A stretch of DNA of 64,000 bases from Alphaproteobacteria bacterium. Lineage in GTDB: Bacteria; Pseudomonadota; Alphaproteobacteria; MPNO01; UBA830. Within the stretch, counting starts at the first letter, position 1. Each line of letters opens with the position of its first letter. The stretch covers positions 3,584,001 to 3,648,000 of the forward strand of contig OZ251539.1 in assembly GCA_965243135.1 (NCBI GenBank), in the 5' to 3' direction. Positions 41,508 through 50,169 of this stretch are shown piece by piece. The notes below the pieces were generated by a model. It had not been told where the DNA came from and searched no databases. It saw only the letters and a program-made list of their open reading frames with translations. Position numbers and translations under genes: made by a program.

Positions 41508-43046
41508 TCAGGCGGCCTCGCAATCGAACCCGACGACATTGCGCTCTTCGCGGCTGAACTCCACCCCGATCAGGTGGACCGAACGCCCGAGGTGGCGGTA
41601 CTTGTCCGCGTAGCCCTTCTCCCGCAGCTGCGCGAGCGCGGTCCCTTCCCGCCCGCGCTCCACCACCTTGAACTCGAACAGGTAGACGCGCCCGCCGGCG
41701 CGGATCGCCATGTCGGCGCGCCCCCGGCTGCCGCTGTCCTCGGCCACCGGCTCGAAGCCCTCCATCAGGAAGCAACTGTGGATGACGCTCGCGTAGTGGG
41801 CCTCGTACTTCGCGACCGGGCTGTTCATGTACCACTGGTGCGGGATGGCGGCGAAGACGCCGCGGAACAGGGTTTCGAGGCGCTTGAAGTCGTTCGCCTC
41901 CAGCAATTCGCCCAGCCGCAGGTTCTCCGTCTCCTCGCGGGCCTCGACCGGGAGCAGTTCTTCCAGCAGGGCCTCGCCCAGGCTCTGGCGCACCTCGAGG
42001 TTCGGGTAGCCCAGCCGGTAGCGCCCGTCCTCCTCGCCGACGATGGTGAGGTAGCCGGTCTGGAACAGAAGCGCCTCGACCGAGATTCTGTCCACGTCGA
42101 AGGTCGAGAGCAGGCTCTCGCTGCCGATCATGCCGTCCAGGCGGGGAGTGGGCAGGTTGCGGCGCACCAGCGTCTCGACCAGAAAGGTCGGCGTGCCGCT
42201 CTCGAACCAGTAGTTGCCGAACCTGCGCTCGGCGAACAGCAGCAGGAGGCCGAATGGATTGTAGAGCTTCTCCGGCCCGCGCCAGTTGTAGCCGTTGTAC
42301 CAGCGGCGGACCTCGTCCCGGTCCAGGCCCTCCAGTTCCGGGGCGAAGACCGCGTCCAGCTCGTCGTCGGTGCAGCCGCAGATGTCCGAGAACTCCGGCA
42401 CCAGCGTGATGTCGCGCAGGTTGTTCAGGCCAGAGAACAGGCCCGCCTTCGAGAATTTGCTCACCCCCGTCAGGAAAACGAAACGGAGCTGCCTGTCGCA
42501 GGCCTTGATCACCCCGTACAGGCTGCGCAGGAAGTCGCGGTTGGCCAGCGCCAGCTCCCGGTCGCCGAGCGCGTCCAGGATCGGCTTGTCGTATTCGTCC
42601 ACCAGGACGACCGTTCGCTGCCCGGTGCGCTCGTGCAGCGTCCTTATCAGGCGCCGGAAACGAACCGCCGCCCCGGCGGGACCCGGTTCGAGGCCGGCCT
42701 GCATCTCCGTCTCTTCCAGCTGCGCTTCCACGGTTTCCCGAACTCCGTCCGGGCCGTCGAAACGGCCCACGCCGCTGAAATCCAGCCGCACGACCGGGTG
42801 GCGCGCCGACCAGTCCCACCTGCCGTGCACGGCGAGGCCCCGGAACAACTCCTCGCTTCCTTCGAACAGCTCCTGCAGCGTGTCCACCAGCAGGGTCTTG
42901 CCGAACCGGCGCGGACGCGACAGGAAATAGTACTTGCCCATCTCGACCAGGCGGCGCGCATGGTCCGTCTTGTCGACGTAGTAGCAGTCCATCCCCCGAA
43001 TCTCCCGGAGGGAGGAAAAGCCGATCGGAAGCATGCGTTTCGTCAT
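41508..43046 (-). CDS. AAA-ATPase-like + PD-(D/E)XK nuclease, copy 3
   Basis: Same motifs (RPRRFGKT); intact 512 aa. Confidence 0.92.
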   Translation of the reverse strand: MTKRMLPIGFSSLREIRGMDCYYVDKTDHARRLVEMGKYYFLSRPRRFGKTLLVDTLQELFEGSEELFRGLAVHGRWDWSARHPVVRLDFSGVGRFDGPDGVRETVEAQLEETEMQAGLEPGPAGAAVRFRRLIRTLHERTGQRTVVLVDEYDKPILDALGDRELALANRDFLRSLYGVIKACDRQLRFVFLTGVSKFSKAGLFSGLNNLRDITLVPEFSDICGCTDDELDAVFAPELEGLDRDEVRRWYNGYNWRGPEKLYNPFGLLLLFAERRFGNYWFESGTPTFLVETLVRRNLPTPRLDGMIGSESLLSTFDVDRISVEALLFQTGYLTIVGEEDGRYRLGYPNLEVRQSLGEALLEELLPVEAREETENLRLGELLEANDFKRLETLFRGVFAAIPHQWYMNSPVAKYEAHYASVIHSCFLMEGFEPVAEDSGSRGRADMAIRAGGRVYLFEFKVVERGREGTALAQLREKGYADKYRHLGRSVHLIGVEFSREERNVVGFDCEAA

Positions 43047-43246
43047 TCGAAGAGGGTAGGCCGCCGCGCCGGAGACGTCAAGGAGGAGGCGGTCGCAAGC
43101 GTGATTAACCGACGATATGACCGGTCCATATGGCCTGTCCGGTTTTGGAACGCCTCAGGGAAGCGGCGGCGGGAAAGCGCATCTTCGTCCGGCGGAACGT
43201 CGCGCGACGGAAGCCCTCGCGCTGGAAAGCAGGGTCTGCGTCGGCT

Positions 43247-44206
43247 TCACGCGCCGTGATAGGCGCGGTACCACTCGACGAATTTCGGGATCCCGTCCTC
43301 GATCGGGGTCGTCGGCGCGTAGCCGAGATCCCTCTCGGTCGCGCCGATGTCGGCCCAGGTTTCCTGCACGTCGCCGGGCTGCATCGGCTCCAGGATCCTT
43401 TCGGCGCGCCTGCCGAGCGCCTTCTCAAGGAGTTCGATCATCCGCGTCAGCGACTCGGACCGTCCGGCGCCGACGTTGTAGAGCCGGTGCGGCGCCTCGG
43501 CGGGTGGCGGATTGTCCAGCGCCGCGACGACGCCGGTCACGACGTCGTCGACGAAAGTGAAATCCCGCTTCATGTCGCCGCGATTGAAGACGCGGATCGG
43601 ACGGCCTTCGAGGATCGCCTCCGTGAAGAGGTAGAGCGCCATGTCCGGCCGTCCCCACGGCCCGTACGCGGTGAAGAAGCGCAACCCGGTCTGCGGCAGG
43701 CCGTAGAGGTGGCCGTAGCAATGGCTCATGTGCTCGTCGGCCAGCTTGGTCGCCGCGTAGAGCGAAACCGGCCTGTCGACCCGGTCCTCGACGGAGAAGG
43801 GAAGGCTGTCGTTGCCTCCGTAGACCGAACTGGAACTCGCGTAGACCAGATGTTCGAAGGACGGCGAGCGGCGGCACAGCTCCAGGACGGCCAGATGGCC
43901 CGTCAGATTCGATCCGACATAGGCGAACGGGCGATCGATCGAATGACGGACGCCCGCCTGGGCCGCGAGGTGAACGACGCGCCCGGCGCCGCCGAGAGCC
44001 GCCAGCGCCGCCGGGTCGGCCAGATCGATCCGGTGGAATTCGAAGTCCTTCCGGCTCGTCAACAGCGCCAGCCGCGCCTTCTTGAGCGCGACGCTGTAGT
44101 AGTCGTTCAGGTTGTCCAGCCCGACGACCCGCTCGCCGCGCTCCAGAAGGCGGAGGGCGGCATGGTATCCGATGAACCCTGCGACGCCGGTTACGAGAAC
44201 CGTCAC
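43247..44206 (-). CDS. NAD-dependent epimerase (UDP-glucuronate 4-epimerase type)
   Basis: TGVAGFIG, HLAAQAGVRHS, YASSSSVYG, YAATK, YGPWGRPDMA. Confidence 0.92.
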   Translation of the reverse strand: MTVLVTGVAGFIGYHAALRLLERGERVVGLDNLNDYYSVALKKARLALLTSRKDFEFHRIDLADPAALAALGGAGRVVHLAAQAGVRHSIDRPFAYVGSNLTGHLAVLELCRRSPSFEHLVYASSSSVYGGNDSLPFSVEDRVDRPVSLYAATKLADEHMSHCYGHLYGLPQTGLRFFTAYGPWGRPDMALYLFTEAILEGRPIRVFNRGDMKRDFTFVDDVVTGVVAALDNPPPAEAPHRLYNVGAGRSESLTRMIELLEKALGRRAERILEPMQPGDVQETWADIGATERDLGYAPTTPIEDGIPKFVEWYRAYHGA

Positions 44207-44258
44207 GCGGCGTCTCCCGGCGCCTCGACCGCGGCGGCGGACCGCCGGGCGGCGGCCA

Positions 44259-45323
44259 CTAGGCGGAAGATCCGGCGAACGCCGGAATGACCTTTTCCCC
44301 GAACAGCTTCACCGAGCGCTCCGCGTCCTCGTAAGCCATGTCGTTGAAATTGACCTGGAGCGAAGCGTCGTCGAACCCTCCGACCTGCCTGTCGTAGTCG
44401 CGGATCTGCTCGATCAGGGCCTCGGGAGTCCCGACCCATGCGGCGCCCTTTTCGACCTGGCTCTCGAAGGTCTCGCGGTCGAGGGCGGCGATCATCTTGT
44501 CGTATCCCTTGTAGGCGTCCGATCGCGTGCCGCCGACCCAGTCGCTCGCCGCGTCGACGAGGGACTTGAGGTACCGGTTGAGCGGATCGCGAGCCGCCCG
44601 CACCGCCTCGTCCTTGGTCTCGGCGCAGTACATGTGGAACGCCAGCATGACGCGGCCGTCGCCTTCGTGACCCGCGGACTTCCACGCTTCGCGGTAAATG
44701 CCGATCAGTTCGGCCATGTGCGACCCGCCGATCGGAATCGCCATGATCCGGTTGCCCACGCGCCCCGCTTTCTCGAACGACTCCGGCGTGGTGAACGCGG
44801 CGGTCCAGAACGGCGGGCGCGGCTTGCTGGTGGGCCTGGGCAGGGAGGTGACGTTTCTGAAGCTGTGGAACCGCCCTTCGTGGGTCGCGTTCTCCCGGGT
44901 CAGCAGAAGGTCGACCTGCTCCATGCCCTCGTCGAACCGCGCCACGCTCTCGTCGAGCTCGATGCCGAAGCGGTCGTATTCGTGCGGCAGGAAGGCCCTC
45001 GCGAAACCGATCTCGGCGCGCCCGCCGGTGATCGCGTCGAGCATGCCGATCTCGCCCGCCAGCTTGAGCGGATTGTTGAATACGGGCAGCACCGCGCCGG
45101 TGACGATGCGCGCCTGCCGGGCCCGCTGCGACAACGCCGTCAGGAAGACCACCGGATTTGGGCTGTACCCGCCGTAGGGATGGAAATAGTGCTCGACCGT
45201 CCGAAGATGCGTGTAGCCCAAGGCGTCGGCGTATTCCGCCAGCCGCAAGCATTCGTCGAAATACTGCGCTCCCGATTTCTGGTCCGGCCCCACGTCCGGG
45301 AAAAACTGAATTCCGAATTCCAT
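44259..45323 (-). CDS. LLM-class (luciferase-like) flavin-dependent oxidoreductase
   Basis: MEFGIQFFP, VEHYFHPYGGYSPNP, PLKLAGEIGMLD..GGR, WVGTPE. Confidence 0.88.
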   Translation of the reverse strand: MEFGIQFFPDVGPDQKSGAQYFDECLRLAEYADALGYTHLRTVEHYFHPYGGYSPNPVVFLTALSQRARQARIVTGAVLPVFNNPLKLAGEIGMLDAITGGRAEIGFARAFLPHEYDRFGIELDESVARFDEGMEQVDLLLTRENATHEGRFHSFRNVTSLPRPTSKPRPPFWTAAFTTPESFEKAGRVGNRIMAIPIGGSHMAELIGIYREAWKSAGHEGDGRVMLAFHMYCAETKDEAVRAARDPLNRYLKSLVDAASDWVGGTRSDAYKGYDKMIAALDRETFESQVEKGAAWVGTPEALIEQIRDYDRQVGGFDDASLQVNFNDMAYEDAERSVKLFGEKVIPAFAGSSA

Positions 45324-45419
45324 CGCCGTCTCCCGCTTTCCCGCGCCTCGTCCCGCCCGGACTTTACGACGCAAATTGATCCGTGTACAGATCAATTTGC
45401 CGGAGGACGGGCAGCGGAC

Positions 45420-45887
45420 ATGGACGAGGCGGTCGGGAACCTGAGGCGGCGGGTCGCGAGCTACCCGCTGGGCGAAGCGCCGGGCCACCTGATCCGGCGA
45501 TGCCAGCAGCGCGCCATCGACCTCTTCGTCGAGGAGGTCGGGGACGGCGGCCCGACGCCGCGGCAGTTCGCCGTGCTGCTGACCGTGTACCAGAAGCCCG
45601 GGATGATGCAGGCCGATCTGGTCCGCGTCACCGGCATCGACCGCAGCACCCTCGCCGAAATCATCCGCAGGTTGACGGACCGCGGCCAGCTCGCGCGCGT
45701 CCGAACGGCGGCGGACCGCCGCGCCAACGCGCTGACTCTGACCCCCGCGGGAGAAGCCGCGCTGCTGGCCGCGTTCGAGGCCGCCGAGCGGGCGCAACGC
45801 CGCATCCTCGAACCCGTCGCGCCGGACCGCCGGGGCGATGCGATGGCCGTGCTCGCGCTGCTGGCCGGGCTGCCGCCGCATGCCTGA
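45420..45887 (+). CDS. MarR-family regulator (HcaR/PcaV-like)
   Basis: PGHLIRRCQQ, TPRQFAVL, GIDRSTLAEIIRRL, DRRANALTLTPAG; divergent from the LLM gene. Confidence 0.9.
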   Translation: MDEAVGNLRRRVASYPLGEAPGHLIRRCQQRAIDLFVEEVGDGGPTPRQFAVLLTVYQKPGMMQADLVRVTGIDRSTLAEIIRRLTDRGQLARVRTAADRRANALTLTPAGEAALLAAFEAAERAQRRILEPVAPDRRGDAMAVLALLAGLPPHA

Positions 45888-48800
45888 ATCGGAGGCCGGA
45901 CGGCCCGCCCTGATTCCGGGCAGCGAGGTTACGATGGTCGGAACCGTCAAGAGCCCGCGGCGCCATTCCTCCCGGAACGGCCCCTTCGCAACGGCGACCC
46001 TGCTCGCCGACGACGGACGCGAGGTCCGCGCCGTCTGGTGGGACGCGGAAACGGCGCCGGCCGCCGATTGGCGCGTGGCGGTGCGCGGCGAGGTCAAGCT
46101 GCGCGACAGCGCTCCCCAGATCCAGGCGCGCAGAACCGAGCGGCTCGAACCGACGCGCCATCCCCTCGCCTCCGTCGCCCGCTTCTATCTCGGCTGCGTC
46201 GAAGCCGAAGCGGCCGACGAATTGCGCCTGCGGACCGGCGAGCCGTCCCACGTCCTTCTCGCCCACGGCGCCAGTCCGCTGTACGGTCCGAGAGTTCTTC
46301 CCGATTCCGCAGATTCCTGGTGCCGCAACCGCCAAGAGGCGATCGGCGAGACGATCGTCGCAGGCTGGCCGCTGGCGGCGGGAGTGGACGTCAAGGGCTT
46401 CGCCTTGTCGCCCCTTCTCGTGTCCGATGCGGAGATCGAACGCCGGGACGACGGTTGGATCTGTCGGTGCAGATCCGTCAGCCTCAACCCCTACGCCCTC
46501 GACCTTCTGGGCGTCGAGCGCGAGGAGCGCGACGATCTGGTCCGTCGGACCGCAGGCGATCCGGCCGTCGAAGAAGCCGCGTCGCCGGGGCGGCGGGCGG
46601 CGGCCATTCTCGAAACGCTCCGCGCCTTCGGCGTCGAGGCCCTGGGGGATCCCCAAGCTCTTTCGCCGCCGGGCGACGAACCCGGCATCCATAACGCCGC
46701 GGCGCTCGCGACGTCCACCGGAGCGGCCACGGCCAGCTGGATGCTGATTCAGGATCTCCTGGCTCTGGCGAACGATCCCCGGCTCATGGAGAAAGGGCCG
46801 GCCGCGGTCTTCGCGGGGATTTCGCCGGTCCCGCCGACGCCGACGCCGGACTCCCATCCGTCTCTCCTGCCGTCGACGCTGGCTCAGGATCGAGCGGTGC
46901 ACGCCGCGATGAAAAACGTGCTCACCGTCGTGACCGGTCCGCCGGGCACGGGAAAATCGCAAATGATCGTGAACGCCGTGGCGGCGGCCGTCGTCCGCGG
47001 CGAAAGCGTCCTCCTGGCGTCCAAGAACAACCACGCCGTGGACGTCGTGATCGAGCGGCTTCGGAAAATCTCTCCGGCCGCCGCCGTCGCGCGGGCGGGA
47101 TCCGCGAGCCGGCAGGAGGAACTCGCGAAAACGGTTCGCGAGGCGGCGAACGCCATGCGCCGGTCGAGCGGCGTTTGGGAGCCGTCCGAGAAATGGCTCG
47201 AAGCGAAAAAGCGCGTCGAGGAGGTGCATCGTCTCCTGGGCAACCGGATCCAGGCCGAACGCGAACTGGACGAAGCCCGGCGGGCGCTGGACTCCGCCCT
47301 TCCGGAACTGCCGGCGGGCGCGCCCCTCGACGTCGATTGCGACGCGCTCTCGGCCGCTGTCGCCGACGCCGCGAGGGCGCTCGGCCGTTTCGGCGACCGC
47401 CCCGGCATTTTCCGGAGACGCCGCCGTCACGCGGAACGGCTCGCCCGGGCCCGCGACGCCCTCGATCGGGTGTCCGCCCTGATGGGCGGCATCGCGACGG
47501 AGGACTGCCTCTCCTCGGTCGCCGACCGTCCGATCCGAACCGCGCAGCCGCGGCGCGATTTCCGTTCGATCGAAGATCTCGCCGGGCGGCTTCGCGACGT
47601 TTCCGCCGTCGGGCGCGCGGCGAAAGCCGCCGCCTCCCGGCTTGCGAAGTTGCCGCTTCCTCACCAGTTGGAGGACCGGCTGCGCGACCTGGCCGACGAC
47701 CGGGTCGCCGCGGGCCGGGCCGTTTTCGACGCGCACTGGAAACGGATCGTCCGAGAGAGGTCCGTCGATGCCGCCGACAAACTGGCCGCCGCGCTGGACG
47801 ATTCGCAGAAATCGGGCGCGCGCCGGGCGCGGGCGCTGATCGCCGAATCGCTCCCCGCGATCCCGATATGGGGCGTCACCAACCTGTCGGCGCGGACCAA
47901 CCTGCCGCTGCGGCAGGGACTGTTCGACCTGGTCGTCGTGGACGAAGCTTCCCAGTGCGACATCGCGTCCGCGCTGCCGCTGCTCGTCCGCGGGAAACGC
48001 GCGCTGATCATCGGGGACCGGCGGCAGCTCGTTCACATCTGCTCTCTCGGCCGCGCCCGCGAACGAATCATCGGAGAGCGCTGCGGACTTACGGCCGATC
48101 AGCTGGCGGAGTTCAGCTATCGCGACCGCAGCTGCTTCGATCTCGCGGCCGGACGCGCCGGCCGGTCGTCGATCTTTCTCGACCGGCATTTCCGTTCGCA
48201 TCCGGCGATTTCCGGTTTCGCCAACGAGCGTTTCTACGATCGCCGCATGCAATTGTGCGCCGAGGCGCGGCCGCCCGAAGGGCTTTCGGCGATCCAGTGG
48301 ATCCGGCATCCCGGAGACAGCCGTCCGGGTCCGCGAGGGAGAAGCAGAATGAATCCGGAAGAGGCCGCCGCCGTCGAGAGCGAGGTCGCGCGGGACCTGC
48401 CTTTTCTGGACGAAATCGGCCTCTCCGTCGGGGTGGTCACGCCGTACCGCGCTCAGGTGGACAAGATTGCCGGGCTCCTGTCGAAGCGGGGCGTCGGACC
48501 CGATCGGGTCAACGTCGCGACCGCCCACGGGTTCCAGGGCGACGAACGGGACGTCATCTATTTTTCTCCCGTCGTCGGGCCGTCGATGACGGAACGCCAG
48601 ACCGCCTTCGCCGCGGATCCGAATCTCGTGAACGTCGCATTGACGCGCGCTCGCAGACGGCTGGTGATCGTCGGCAACTTCGACGCCTGCGCGGCCTACG
48701 ACAACCCGCTCCGCGATCTCGCGCGCTACGCGGATCACCTCGAAAGCAAAATGGAAGACAATCCGCTGCGCCTGGCGCTCGGCGAGGCGCTTCTGCAGCG

Positions 48801-49035
48801 CGGCATCCTCGCGGCGGCGGGACGGAGCGTCGGGAGCGACCCCGTGGATCTGGCGATAATCGGCGACCGCGTCCGCATCGACGTCGAGTGCGCGCCGTTT
48901 CCGCCCGGCGGCGATTCCGCGCGGGACAGGCGCGTCGAGGCCGCGGGCTGGAAGGTCCTGCGTTTCGACGGCCGGCGGCTCGGCCACGATCTCGACGGCT
49001 GCGTCGAGACGATACTGAACGCCCTCGGCGCCTGA
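45880..49035 (+). CDS. SF1 (Upf1/DNA2-like) helicase with N-terminal OB fold and C-terminal DUF559/Vsr-like domain
   Basis: GPPGTGKS, VDEASQ, GDRRQL, HFRSHPAI, TPYRAQ, HGFQGDERD, NVALTRAR; C-terminal VDLAI..IDVEC..RDRRVEAAGWKVLRF. Confidence 0.88.
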   Translation: MPESEAGRPALIPGSEVTMVGTVKSPRRHSSRNGPFATATLLADDGREVRAVWWDAETAPAADWRVAVRGEVKLRDSAPQIQARRTERLEPTRHPLASVARFYLGCVEAEAADELRLRTGEPSHVLLAHGASPLYGPRVLPDSADSWCRNRQEAIGETIVAGWPLAAGVDVKGFALSPLLVSDAEIERRDDGWICRCRSVSLNPYALDLLGVEREERDDLVRRTAGDPAVEEAASPGRRAAAILETLRAFGVEALGDPQALSPPGDEPGIHNAAALATSTGAATASWMLIQDLLALANDPRLMEKGPAAVFAGISPVPPTPTPDSHPSLLPSTLAQDRAVHAAMKNVLTVVTGPPGTGKSQMIVNAVAAAVVRGESVLLASKNNHAVDVVIERLRKISPAAAVARAGSASRQEELAKTVREAANAMRRSSGVWEPSEKWLEAKKRVEEVHRLLGNRIQAERELDEARRALDSALPELPAGAPLDVDCDALSAAVADAARALGRFGDRPGIFRRRRRHAERLARARDALDRVSALMGGIATEDCLSSVADRPIRTAQPRRDFRSIEDLAGRLRDVSAVGRAAKAAASRLAKLPLPHQLEDRLRDLADDRVAAGRAVFDAHWKRIVRERSVDAADKLAAALDDSQKSGARRARALIAESLPAIPIWGVTNLSARTNLPLRQGLFDLVVVDEASQCDIASALPLLVRGKRALIIGDRRQLVHICSLGRARERIIGERCGLTADQLAEFSYRDRSCFDLAAGRAGRSSIFLDRHFRSHPAISGFANERFYDRRMQLCAEARPPEGLSAIQWIRHPGDSRPGPRGRSRMNPEEAAAVESEVARDLPFLDEIGLSVGVVTPYRAQVDKIAGLLSKRGVGPDRVNVATAHGFQGDERDVIYFSPVVGPSMTERQTAFAADPNLVNVALTRARRRLVIVGNFDACAAYDNPLRDLARYADHLESKMEDNPLRLALGEALLQRGILAAAGRSVGSDPVDLAIIGDRVRIDVECAPFPPGGDSARDRRVEAAGWKVLRFDGRRLGHDLDGCVETILNALGA

Positions 49036-49161
49036 GGCGGCCTGCGCGCAACGCCGACGTCCGCCGGTCGCTCGCGCCGACGAACGAAGAGCGGTTTCCG
49101 TTTCGCTATGCGTTTCTGCTATTCTGAAGGCGGCAAAAGTCAGATAAGGGAGAAATCGGCC

Positions 49162-50160
49162 ATGAAGTCCGTCCTGCACGCAGTCCTCGCGGCTGCCCTC
49201 GCAGTAAGCATTCCCGCGACCGCGGGCGCGCAGGTGAAGCGCATCACGATCGGCACCAATCCCCAAGGGTCGACCTATTTTCTGCTCGGCAGCGGCTTTG
49301 CGAAGCTCTTTCAGGAAAAGCTCGAGATCCGCTCGACCGCGCAGCCCCACGCCGGTTCGTCGGTCTACCTTCCGCTGATGGAAGCCGGCGAAATAACCCT
49401 CGGCATGAACTCGTCCCTCGATTCCGGCCTCGCGTACGGCGGCAAGGATCCGTACAAGAACGCGACCCGGAAGGTGCGGGCGATCGCCCGCGTCTGGATC
49501 CTGCCGTACGCGTACATGGTCAAGGAGAGCTCCGGCATCAAGAGCCTCACCGATCTGAAGGGCAAGCGGGTGGTCGTCAAGTTCAAGACCAACGTGTCGC
49601 TCGCCCAGGCCAACCGGACGATACTGAGCTCGGCCGGCCTCGCGATGGACGACATTACCGCGGTCGAATCGGGCGGCGTCGTCGCCAGCATCGGCATGGT
49701 CGTCCAGGGCCGCGTCGACGCGGCGCCCATTGCCACCGGGATGCCGGCGCTGCGCAAGGCGCATGCGACGGTGCCGGGCGGCCTTCGCATCCTGGCGGTC
49801 GGCCCCAAGGGCACCGACGAGTTTCTCGAGGCGGGAATGGCGGGCCTCTACACGGTCACCGAGAAGCCCAACAACCGCAAGCCGTTCGTGCGCGGCGAAA
49901 CGAAGATCGCGGCGTTCGATTCCTACCTCAACGCGGGCACGCAGGTTTCGAACGAAGACGCCTACCGCATGGCGAAGGCGATCTACGAAAACTGGAAACA
50001 GATGCAGAAGGACTATCCGCCTCTCCGCGGGACCCGGCAAGCGGGGCTCGCGCCCGCGAACAATCCGCTTCCGTATCACCCCGGCGCCGCCAAATACTAC
50101 AAGGAAGCGGGCATCTACGCCGACGCCAACGCGAAGCGGGACGCGATGTTGATGAAGTAG
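49162..50160 (+). CDS. TAXI-family TRAP solute receptor
   Basis: Signal peptide; IGTNPQGSTYF, IKSLTDLKGKRV, PYHPGAAKYYKE. Confidence 0.92.
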   Translation: MKSVLHAVLAAALAVSIPATAGAQVKRITIGTNPQGSTYFLLGSGFAKLFQEKLEIRSTAQPHAGSSVYLPLMEAGEITLGMNSSLDSGLAYGGKDPYKNATRKVRAIARVWILPYAYMVKESSGIKSLTDLKGKRVVVKFKTNVSLAQANRTILSSAGLAMDDITAVESGGVVASIGMVVQGRVDAAPIATGMPALRKAHATVPGGLRILAVGPKGTDEFLEAGMAGLYTVTEKPNNRKPFVRGETKIAAFDSYLNAGTQVSNEDAYRMAKAIYENWKQMQKDYPPLRGTRQAGLAPANNPLPYHPGAAKYYKEAGIYADANAKRDAMLMK

Positions 50161-50169
50161 GGGCGCGGC

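Larger units (their letters stand above)
33440..43156. repeat. tandem array: [spacer-AAA/PDDEXK-GT4] x2 + [spacer-AAA/PDDEXK]
   Basis: Three near-identical ATPase-nuclease genes, two near-identical GT4 genes and conserved non-coding spacers, aligned by eye. Confidence 0.92.

Noticed and set aside
33440-43156. Integron cassette array
   Set aside because: No RYYYAAC...GTTRRRY attC pairs after the stops and no integrase; the GTTAAC at the junction does not fit the core consensus.
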